DNA of 64,000 nt, from contig DATJMX010000022.1 in the NCBI GenBank assembly GCA_035508495.1, forward strand, positions 44,139 to 108,138. The letters run 5' to 3'. Source of the DNA: Candidatus Binataceae bacterium (GTDB lineage Bacteria > Desulfobacterota > Binatia > Binatales > Binataceae). Each line of letters opens with the position of its first letter. The first letter of the stretch is position 1. Below the pieces are notes generated by a model that made no database searches, was not told the DNA's origin, and saw only the letters and a list, made by a program, of their open reading frames with translations. The position numbers and the translations under genes were made by a program. Positions 19,192-26,968 of this stretch are shown one piece after another.

Positions 19192-19845
19192 CTGAAGAAA
19201 CGAGTTCGTAGAACAAGCTGGATGCTAACTGCCGCGGCGCTCGCGCTCTTAGTGATCGCTGCGACCCAGCCTGCCGCCGCGCAGCAGCCGACCGCCGCAC
19301 CATCAACAAGCTACCAGGCGTTTCCCAGCCCGCAGCAGGAGCCTGGTCCTTCGAGCGGTGAAACGACAACCGCGATCGGACTACTCGAATTCGATCCTTA
19401 TCTGACCCAGGTGCAGGTCACGTTTTATCTCAAAAATCTCAATCCATCGCAGATCGCGGCCTTTCACCTTCATTGCGGACTGCCCGGACAGCTAGGTCCC
19501 ATAGTCGTCAACTTCAACATATTTGGATCGTTCACACAGACTTTCTCCCAGGTGGACTCCAACACTTATCTCTTCTCTCAGACCGTGACAGATGCGGACG
19601 TTGACGAGGCAAACTGGCCGCCAAGTTCTTTGCGCCCGCCTCCAGCTTGCGCCGCGAACAATATCGGACCGGCACCCGCGACAAACATCGCCGGCATCGA
19701 GGCCCTGGCGAGAATCGGACAGCTTTATTTCAACGTGCATGTCGGTAACAGCATTCGGCAGCCAACGTACTTTTTCGGACTGATTCGAGGCCAGGTTTAT
19801 TCGGTAGAGACGCCGATCAACGCCGCCCTACCCGCAGTGATGTAG
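19192..19845 (+). CDS. Secreted CHRD domain protein
   Basis: AAFHLHCGLPGQLGPIVVNF matches the CHRD aHIHxGxxGxxGPVv motif. Start is either listed ATG 19222 (no SD) or in-frame CTG 19192, 7 nt after GAGGAGG (19178-19184), which adds a KKRVRRTSW n-region to the signal peptide. Confidence 0.6.
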   Translation: MKKRVRRTSWMLTAAALALLVIAATQPAAAQQPTAAPSTSYQAFPSPQQEPGPSSGETTTAIGLLEFDPYLTQVQVTFYLKNLNPSQIAAFHLHCGLPGQLGPIVVNFNIFGSFTQTFSQVDSNTYLFSQTVTDADVDEANWPPSSLRPPPACAANNIGPAPATNIAGIEALARIGQLYFNVHVGNSIRQPTYFFGLIRGQVYSVETPINAALPAVM

Positions 19846-19856
19846 TAAGCTATTTG

Positions 19857-19876
19857 GTCGCGCGCCGGCGCGCGAC
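19857..19876 (+). other. Perfect 20-nt GC palindrome (GTCGCGCGCCGGCGCGCGAC) after the CHRD gene
   Basis: Read directly, 12 nt after the TAG stop. No U-tract, so an intercistronic hairpin/attenuator candidate. Confidence 0.5.
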
Positions 19877-19990
19877 AGACTGCTGCGCAGATTCCCGCCC
19901 AGCTGCATCGTCCGTTCACCGTCCAAAAAAAGTTACTTGCCGTAGGTTGATCCCGATGCCTATCTTTTTTCGGGAGACCTATTTCGCGCG

Positions 19991-21415
19991 GTGCGAAGCA
20001 GTTTCCGGGTAACATTTCGAATCTTGAAACAATCCGGTAATCGAGCGTCAGCGATTTTAGCTGCGGCCAGTATTTTTGTGCTTGCGGGCGTGGTTTTCTG
20101 CGCCTTCGAATGCTCGGCGCGTGCGCAAGGCTATGCCGCCGCGATCGCATCGGACGAGCCGTCAATCGCGCCCGGCAGCAGGATCACGCTCCAGAATTGG
20201 CAACGCTACAAACAGTTCATGTCCGCGGGGATGATAGCGCTGTTCGAGGGCTCGCATTTCTGGCGGTTGCCGCCGAACATCGAGATTGAAATCGGTCCGA
20301 CGATTTCAATTCCGCTGCCCGCGAAATATCTGCAAGACACGGCTCGCTATGCGAATCGCACAGCGCTGACCAAGACTCGCGATGGCGGCTACGTGCCGAC
20401 TGGCTATGTCGCGGGCTTGCCGTTCCCCGAGCCGCAGAAGGGCGACCCGGCGCTCACCGGAGAGCGAGTCTTCTGGGATACTTACTACCGCTATCAGCCG
20501 CGAGTTCAGGGCGCGCCGAATTTTTCCTATAGCCTCGATCCCGCAGGTGATATGACGCAGACTTCGGAATCGACTTATGTGCAATCGCAGCTCACGTTCC
20601 TGAGCGATCCCGCAATGCCAGCGGCAGTCCCTGAGGCGAATCCATCCGTGTACACGGCCAAATTTGATGAGGAGCTCTCGCCTGAACAATCCAGGTACTC
20701 GACCCTGCTCGATCTGCTGCCGTCGGATCCCACAAAGGTTGACGAGCTGTACGAGTACGTTCCCGCACTAAGACGTTCTTTGCGGCTGTCGCAGGCTGCG
20801 CGATGCGCTCCGGTATTCGGCAGCGACTACCTCGTCGATGACGAGAACAACGGACCTCCGGGGCTGCCGCAGCTTTTCAAAGTTGACTATCTCGGCGAAA
20901 AGAAAATCCTCGCGCTCGTGCACGCGACGCCCGCGGCTTTCGATTCTCCCGGTACCGCAGTCGGACTCGATTCGCGATTCTTCTACGCCGGCGGCGCGGG
21001 TGTCGTGCCGTTTCCGAAACCCGCGGCCGGCAGGTGGGAACTGCGCGACAGCTACGTCATCGCGCTTGAGCGACTGCCTCAATTCGCCGACGGCTATTGC
21101 TATCGCAAGCGAGTACTATACGTGGACAAGGAAAACTACTTCGCCGCTGCCCAACTCGACCTATACGATTCCGCCGATCAGCTATTCAAGTCGCAAATGA
21201 TCATCTCATATCCGCAGGCAATCCCCGGCACAGCGAATGACGTAGTACAGTCGGTAGCGGGTTCGAATACTTCATTTCTGATTAATTTCAAGGACAAACA
21301 TCTGAGTGTCGAGCCGAACCTGCATGCCTGTATCAATTCCGATTGCGCGCGCAACGGTTACTTCGACGTCAGCCGCTACGCCAGCCCTGAAGGACTGATG
21401 AAAATCGTGCAGTAG
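19991..21415 (+). CDS. DUF1329 family protein (LolA-like, periplasmic/outer-membrane associated)
   Basis: N-terminal signal sequence. ITLQNWQRYKQFMS...GYVAGLPFPEP...VFWDTYYRYQP matches the remembered DUF1329 N-terminal pattern. Adjacent to a DUF1302 gene. Start uncertain (GTG 19991 or TTG 20024). Confidence 0.8.
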   Translation: MRSSFRVTFRILKQSGNRASAILAAASIFVLAGVVFCAFECSARAQGYAAAIASDEPSIAPGSRITLQNWQRYKQFMSAGMIALFEGSHFWRLPPNIEIEIGPTISIPLPAKYLQDTARYANRTALTKTRDGGYVPTGYVAGLPFPEPQKGDPALTGERVFWDTYYRYQPRVQGAPNFSYSLDPAGDMTQTSESTYVQSQLTFLSDPAMPAAVPEANPSVYTAKFDEELSPEQSRYSTLLDLLPSDPTKVDELYEYVPALRRSLRLSQAARCAPVFGSDYLVDDENNGPPGLPQLFKVDYLGEKKILALVHATPAAFDSPGTAVGLDSRFFYAGGAGVVPFPKPAAGRWELRDSYVIALERLPQFADGYCYRKRVLYVDKENYFAAAQLDLYDSADQLFKSQMIISYPQAIPGTANDVVQSVAGSNTSFLINFKDKHLSVEPNLHACINSDCARNGYFDVSRYASPEGLMKIVQ

Positions 21416-21426
21416 GCTCTATCGCG

Positions 21427-23148
21427 TTGTCGTTGGAAGCTTACAAGGCGGTGCGGTCGCGCAGCCTCGCGATCCTGATCATATCGGCGCTGGTTTACGT
21501 CGCGAGCTTTTCCGAGCAGGCTCGGGCGCAAGATTTATCGCTTAATTTAGCCGATCAGTTCGGTCGCAGCATCTTCACGGGCGCAGCGCAGCCGATGCTC
21601 GATCTCAGTCATTCCGATTCTCCGCTCAGCGGACTATCGATTACGGGTCTTTTGAGCAACACGAGCGGGATGTGGGCCAGCTCCGCCGAGCTAACCAACT
21701 TCGGGCGCGCGGCAGGGGAGCATCACGGCGCAAATTCACTTTCTGTCGAACGCAATTGGATCCAGGCCGACTCCAACTACGTACTCGACGGCAATAACAA
21801 GTTCTTCGTCCGATTCTGGGGCGTCTACGAGCCGCCATATCCGTGGGAATCGACTAATATTCTCAGCGAGCAACAGGTTTACGATAAGAGCCAGTCGCAA
21901 TTTTATAACCAGTATACTGTTCGCGATGCGTTCTGGAAAAATACCACTGGCCCGTTGACACTATTTCTCGGGCGCCAGATCGTAACGTGGGGCGAGTCGT
22001 TATCGTTTCGCGTTGGCGATGTTATCAATCCGCAGGATCTGAGTTGGAACTTCGGCTTCGCCAACCTCGAGCAGTCGCGCCTGCCGCTCTGGATGGTCCA
22101 TCCGATTTTGAACCTGCCCAAGGCCGGTCCCTTCACCGACAACTTCATCGAAGGCGTATGGGCGCCCGCGTGGCAGCCGATGTACACCAACGTCGATTAC
22201 GCCGACAACCGCTACGCCGGTCTGCACTCGATCGCGGGTTCAGTGAACCTCCAGCCGCCCGGCGGCGCGCGCTTCGATACCTATCCGTATCCGTTCACGA
22301 CGCCCGCGCAAACGCCGCCCGGGATGCAAGCTGCATTTCCGCAAGTGACGAATCTCGTTAGCCAGGTGCAAACCTACCGCCTGCCCTCAGACACTTGGGC
22401 GAATTCGGTCGAAGGATTTCGGCTGCATACGCTTGTTGAGGACGCCGAGATAACGGCGCTTTACTGGCACGGTCATCAGCTCAACAACACCATGTTCGTT
22501 AACGGCACACCGCAGATCGGTCAGACGTTTCAGTTTCGTTATCCCGAGCTGAACGATGTCGGTATCACATTGAATCGCCCGATCTATATTCCGGTCGGCG
22601 CCTTGGCGAACGTGCCCTTCGTGTTGCGCACCGAAGGCGTATGGCAAGATCGCACGCCCTTCAACACGCTCAATACCGCGCGGCCGAGCGCCGTCGTATA
22701 TTCGAGCACGCTGAACACGCTCGCTGCGCTCGACGTCGATGGTCTCGCAACGCCGTGGCTCTCACGCACCGGCGCGCTCACACTAAACCTGGAATGGAAC
22801 AACTACACGATCCTGAGCCCCAACAAAGATCTGGTCTATGGCGGATACGCGGAGCATTGGCGCCATAACGAAGAGAATCTCCTGTTCAGTGCGAGCACGA
22901 GTTGGTGGTGGGGCGCAGTCGTGCCGACGCCGACGGCGATCTTCAATCCCGATGGCAATACATGGGAGTTCTTTCCGAATATAGTTCTGACACCGCCGTG
23001 GACCAACAAGTATCTGCTGATGCTCGAATTTATTGGCGTGCTCTCAAACGACAAGTACAGCGCCTATGCGGGCGGTAACTTCAAGGGCAAGAATATCCTG
23101 CTGATGCAGTTTCAGTACAATTTCGATTTGGTGCGCGGACGGAACTGA
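21427..23148 (+). CDS. DUF1302 family outer-membrane beta-barrel protein
   Basis: Signal peptide, the hallmark GRQIVTWGESLSFRVGDVINPQD, alternating beta-strand character and an aromatic-rich C-terminus. Classic DUF1329 partner. Confidence 0.8.
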   Translation: MSLEAYKAVRSRSLAILIISALVYVASFSEQARAQDLSLNLADQFGRSIFTGAAQPMLDLSHSDSPLSGLSITGLLSNTSGMWASSAELTNFGRAAGEHHGANSLSVERNWIQADSNYVLDGNNKFFVRFWGVYEPPYPWESTNILSEQQVYDKSQSQFYNQYTVRDAFWKNTTGPLTLFLGRQIVTWGESLSFRVGDVINPQDLSWNFGFANLEQSRLPLWMVHPILNLPKAGPFTDNFIEGVWAPAWQPMYTNVDYADNRYAGLHSIAGSVNLQPPGGARFDTYPYPFTTPAQTPPGMQAAFPQVTNLVSQVQTYRLPSDTWANSVEGFRLHTLVEDAEITALYWHGHQLNNTMFVNGTPQIGQTFQFRYPELNDVGITLNRPIYIPVGALANVPFVLRTEGVWQDRTPFNTLNTARPSAVVYSSTLNTLAALDVDGLATPWLSRTGALTLNLEWNNYTILSPNKDLVYGGYAEHWRHNEENLLFSASTSWWWGAVVPTPTAIFNPDGNTWEFFPNIVLTPPWTNKYLLMLEFIGVLSNDKYSAYAGGNFKGKNILLMQFQYNFDLVRGRN

Positions 23149-23265
23149 ATTGCCGTGCCGCAGGCGGTCGCGTTTGCGCGATACGTCTATTGGCTTGTGC
23201 GCCTCGATTTGGGAACTTTTAGCCGCAGCACCCGGTTGAAGGTTAAGTTGCGCGGCGTTTTTTGA

Positions 23266-23784
23266 ATGGGAATCAAGTCAGCCAAGCGGCAACGCTTCGA
23301 AGGGGAGGTCTTGCCGGAACTGAACGTTCTCTTTGCGGCGGCGCTTTATCTTTCGCGCAGCCAGGACGAGGCGAACGATCTCTGCGAAAAAACGATGGTG
23401 CGCGCGTATCGCGCGTTCAACGGTCGAATCGCGGCGAACTGCCGCTCGTGGCTGCTGTCAATCCTGCATGACATCGTTCGCGCGGAATCGTTAGCGCAGC
23501 CTGCGCCCGCAGTCGCCGCAGCTGACACCGCGTCGGTTGGCGGACCGGCTAAGGGGCGACGCTCAGTTGAAGATTCCGGCGTCGATCGCGCGCTGCAGAG
23601 TTTGCCAGCCGACTGCAGGGCGGCGGTGGTGATGGTCGACGTCGCGAACTTGAACTATGGAGAGGCGGCGAAGGTCCTGGCGATCCCGGTCGAGACCTTG
23701 CGTGCGCAGATTTCCAGGGGACGAGCGCTGATGCGCAATGCGCTCGCGCCGTTGCGCGGTCCCGGAGGGCTTGCCAGTGCCTGA
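23266..23784 (+). CDS. ECF-type RNA polymerase sigma factor
   Basis: Region 2 (DLCEKTMVRAYRAF...RSWLLSILHD) and region 4 HTH (LNYGEAAKVLAIPVETLRAQISRGRALM). Confidence 0.9.
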   Translation: MGIKSAKRQRFEGEVLPELNVLFAAALYLSRSQDEANDLCEKTMVRAYRAFNGRIAANCRSWLLSILHDIVRAESLAQPAPAVAAADTASVGGPAKGRRSVEDSGVDRALQSLPADCRAAVVMVDVANLNYGEAAKVLAIPVETLRAQISRGRALMRNALAPLRGPGGLASA

Positions 23785-24574
23785 TTCCGAGGCCCGGCGC
23801 GATATCGCGGCGATCGATCATCAACAATTTGTCGATCGGTATCTCAGCGAGGTCGAGAGCGAAGAGCGTCGTGAGGCGCAACGGCACGTGGCCGGATGCG
23901 CTGAATGCCAGGAGAAGCTAGCTGCTGAAACTGCGATGAAAGCTGAGATGCAAACTCTGACCGCTGTGCGCGCGCCGCTGGAGTTGCGCGATCGGATCCT
24001 GGCGGCGCTCGACGAAGTCGATCGCGAGTCCGAAAGGGCGGCGGCGCAACGCAGCAGATCGCTCGGCCGGACCTTCAGCTGGATTGCAGCGGGCGCGATC
24101 GCAGCCTGCCTCGTCGCAGTGGTATTTCTCCGCGCAAGCTTTCAAACGAATCCGGCATTCGACTCCGCGATCGCCACGTTCGAAAAGTCGCAGCAAAACT
24201 TCGCGCCGAATATCCCGTCTGACTCCGCCGCCGAGCTCGCCGCCTCGTTTATAACCCAGTTCGGTGTTCCGATGGCGTGGGATTTTTCGTCACTGGGGCT
24301 CAGCGTCGCGGGCGGGCGTATCGATCACGCGCCTGACGGCCGCGTCGTCGGATACAGCATGTACAAGGGCAACCGCGGCACACTGATGTGCATCATCTAT
24401 CGCGCCGACGCGATTGCCTTTCCGCCCGGCGGCCAGCTCGTCAAGGGAATTCACATTTACGAGTACAAGGGCTACTCGATCGCGGAGACCAATCGCTATG
24501 CGGTATTCGCGATCATGGTCAGCACGGTGCCCGCCGCAGATTTGCAGCAGGCATTCGCACAACTCCCGGGTTAA
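23777..24574 (+). CDS. Anti-sigma factor (zf-HC2, single TM, periplasmic C-terminal domain)
   Basis: H-x3-C-x2-C motif (HVAGCAECQEKL) and one TM helix (WIAAGAIAACLVAVVFL). GTG 23777 overlaps the sigma gene's TGA (23782-23784). Confidence 0.75.
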   Translation: MPDSEARRDIAAIDHQQFVDRYLSEVESEERREAQRHVAGCAECQEKLAAETAMKAEMQTLTAVRAPLELRDRILAALDEVDRESERAAAQRSRSLGRTFSWIAAGAIAACLVAVVFLRASFQTNPAFDSAIATFEKSQQNFAPNIPSDSAAELAASFITQFGVPMAWDFSSLGLSVAGGRIDHAPDGRVVGYSMYKGNRGTLMCIIYRADAIAFPPGGQLVKGIHIYEYKGYSIAETNRYAVFAIMVSTVPAADLQQAFAQLPG

Positions 24575-24579
24575 TAACG

Positions 24580-24614
24580 AAAAAATGCGGCGAAGCACGA
24601 ATGCCTCGCCGCAT
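24580..24614 (-). terminator. Bidirectional rho-independent terminator between convergent genes
   Basis: ATGCGGCGA / TCGCCGCAT 9-bp stem, 12-nt loop. On the minus strand it is followed by TTTTTT, just after the dienelactone hydrolase stop. Confidence 0.7.
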
Positions 24615-24637
24615 CGATTCTTGCCGCTGACTGATTG

Positions 24638-25357
24638 TTACGCTGCGAAGACTTCCTCGAAGAACGACACCATCGAGTTCCACGAACGCTGGTCGGCGGA
24701 CTTGTTGTACTTGATGCCGGGATTCCCGAGCTGGTCGGCATCGCGATTCGTGAAGCTATGAACGGTGCCGCCGTAGCTGATGACCTGCCAATCGGCGCCG
24801 GCCTTGGTCATCTCGGCTTCGAAGTCGGTGACCTGCTGAACCGGGATCATCGGATCGTCGGCCCCGGTGCAAACCAGCACCTTAGCCTTGACCTTGCCGG
24901 CCTCTGCGGGCGTCTGCGTCTGCAATCCGCCATGGAACGACACAATCCCACGCAACGGTTCGCCTGCGCGTGCGAGCTCCAGCGAAAACGTCCCGCCCAT
25001 GCAGAAGCCGATCGACGCGAGGCGATTTCCATCGACCTGCGGAAATGACTTGAGCTTGTCGAGCGCCGCGCGGCCGCGCGCGCGTAATGCGCCGGGCTTG
25101 CCGAAGAGCGTCATCGCTTTTTCGATCGCCTTCTGCAGATCGGTGAACTGCATGCCGTCGCCATATGGATCGCCGGCGAACGCGACGTAACCGAGCGCGG
25201 CGATACGCTCCGCGCGCTCTTTGGCGTGCGCGCCGAGGCCGAACGCCTCCGGCATCACCAGCACTCCGGGGCGCTTGCCCTGCCTGGTTTCGTCATAGGC
25301 GAGGTAGCCGCGGAGCGTTACGTCGCCGTCCTTGTATTCGATGGTTTCAGTCTTCAT
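24638..25357 (-). CDS. Dienelactone hydrolase family protein
   Basis: ATG 25357 with AAGGAG upstream. Typical MKTETIEYKDGDVTLRGYLA N-terminus and a GFCMGG nucleophile-elbow cysteine. Confidence 0.85.
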   Translation of the reverse strand: MKTETIEYKDGDVTLRGYLAYDETRQGKRPGVLVMPEAFGLGAHAKERAERIAALGYVAFAGDPYGDGMQFTDLQKAIEKAMTLFGKPGALRARGRAALDKLKSFPQVDGNRLASIGFCMGGTFSLELARAGEPLRGIVSFHGGLQTQTPAEAGKVKAKVLVCTGADDPMIPVQQVTDFEAEMTKAGADWQVISYGGTVHSFTNRDADQLGNPGIKYNKSADQRSWNSMVSFFEEVFAA

Positions 25358-25496
25358 CCGATGCTCCTTGCTCTTGAGTGGGAAAAGCGGCGCGAGCTTA
25401 TCACGAAAATCGCCCCGCGCAGGAGCCTCGATTTGCATAGTTTGCCGTCCTCAATCCGAGTAATAAGTAGGAACCAGCATCAAAGGAGATTCGACA

Positions 25497-26744
25497 ATGG
25501 ACGACCGTCTTGGCTTCGGTGTGTTTCTCGCCCCGCATCATCCGATCGGCGAAAACCCGACCCTGCAACTGCAGCGCGACCTGCAGCTCGCGACGCTGCT
25601 CGACGATCTCGGCTACGACGAGTTCTGGGTCGGAGAGCATCATTCGGGCGGCTGGGAAACGATCGCCTCGCCGGAGATGTTCCTCGCCGCAACCGCGATG
25701 GTCACAAAGCGAATCAAGCTTGGCACCGGCGTAGTATCGATTCCGTATCACCATCCGTTCACAGTCGCGCAGCGAATCGTGATGCTCGACCATCTGAGCC
25801 GCGGGCGCGCGATGCTCGGCGTTGGCCCGGGCGCGCTGCCATCGGACGCTTTCATGCTCGGCATCGATCCGATCGTTCAGCGCGATCAGATGGACGAGGG
25901 CCTCGGCGTCATCATCCGCCTGCTCACCGAACGCGAGCCGATCACGGTTGATGGCTCATGGTATCGACTGCGCGACGCGGCACTGCATCTGCGCCCGATA
26001 CAGCGCAAGTTGCCGATCGCGGTCGCGTCGATGATCTCGCCGGCCGGGATGAAGTGCGCGGGAAAATACGGCGTCGGCGTGCTGTCGGTCGGATCGTATC
26101 TGCCCGAGGGTCTCAGCGCGCTGAAGACGCAGTGGTCGTTTGCCGAGTCGTCGGCCAAGGAGCACGGGCAGCAGGTCGATCGCGAAAACTGGCGAATCGT
26201 GATGCCGTTCCATATCGCCGATTCCAAGGAAGAAGCGCTGCGCGACGTCGCCGAAGGCCTCAAGCGCTGGAACAACGAGTACGTGGTCGGAATCCTCGGG
26301 CGCCCGGACGGCAAGAACTTCGATGACGGTTACGAAGCGGCGAAGTTCATGAACGAGATGGGCGGTGGCATCTTCGGCACGCCTGAGGATGCGATCGAAA
26401 AGCTCGAAAAGCTGAAGCAGCTCTCGGGTGGTTACGGGACCGTGCTCGCATTCGCTCACGATTGGGCGCCGCGCGAGAAGATGTTCCGCAGCTACGAGTT
26501 GCTCGCCCGCCACGTTATCCCGCGATTCCAGGGCCAGCTCGATTCGATCGAGCTGAGCGCGGCGCGAGTGACGGCCAAGAAGGTCGAGCTGATGGGCGCG
26601 GTCGCCGGCGCGATAATGAAAGCGATCAGCTCCGACGAAAAAGCAGTCGAAGCATTCGCAAAGAGCGCTGCCACGGGACCCTTCAGCCTCGCCCCAGCCC
26701 AGAAAGCCGCCGCCGACTCAGCCCCCCGCCCGGCAGGAAAATAG
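25497..26744 (+). CDS. LLM-class (luciferase-like) flavin-dependent monooxygenase/oxidoreductase
   Basis: AAAGGAGA SD. LGYDEFWVGEHHS motif and TIM-barrel LLM pattern; 415 aa. Confidence 0.85.
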   Translation: MDDRLGFGVFLAPHHPIGENPTLQLQRDLQLATLLDDLGYDEFWVGEHHSGGWETIASPEMFLAATAMVTKRIKLGTGVVSIPYHHPFTVAQRIVMLDHLSRGRAMLGVGPGALPSDAFMLGIDPIVQRDQMDEGLGVIIRLLTEREPITVDGSWYRLRDAALHLRPIQRKLPIAVASMISPAGMKCAGKYGVGVLSVGSYLPEGLSALKTQWSFAESSAKEHGQQVDRENWRIVMPFHIADSKEEALRDVAEGLKRWNNEYVVGILGRPDGKNFDDGYEAAKFMNEMGGGIFGTPEDAIEKLEKLKQLSGGYGTVLAFAHDWAPREKMFRSYELLARHVIPRFQGQLDSIELSAARVTAKKVELMGAVAGAIMKAISSDEKAVEAFAKSAATGPFSLAPAQKAAADSAPRPAGK

Positions 26745-26759
26745 GAAATTCTCCGAAGC

Positions 26760-26785
26760 CCCTCTCCCGTGGTCACGGGAGAGGG
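26760..26785 (+). other. Stem-loop after the LLM gene (CCCTCTCCCGTG / CACGGGAGAGGG)
   Basis: 12-nt inverted repeat with a 2-nt centre, 16 nt after the TAG stop. No U-tract. Confidence 0.45.
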
Positions 26786-26968
26786 TGCCTGACGCGCGAT
26801 AATCGCGTGCAACACCGGTGAGGGCGATTGGCGCTTCATCACCCAATGCTCGATGCGAACAAATGCCAGGTTTGGTGCGCTCTTCGAAAGTTTGACCGTC
26901 AACGGAAATTCTCGCACAGTCTCCGATGCGCAGACCTCTCTGTCCGCACAGCGCGCTGGAGGCGTAGC

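Noticed and set aside
18055-24574. Possible genomic island integrated at tRNA-fMet (AT-richer spacer, accessory envelope genes downstream)
   Set aside because: No integrase or recombinase is present. Reading the downstream intergenic regions, I could find no direct repeat of the tRNA 3' end. The composition shift is modest. A computational repeat search would be needed to reopen this.
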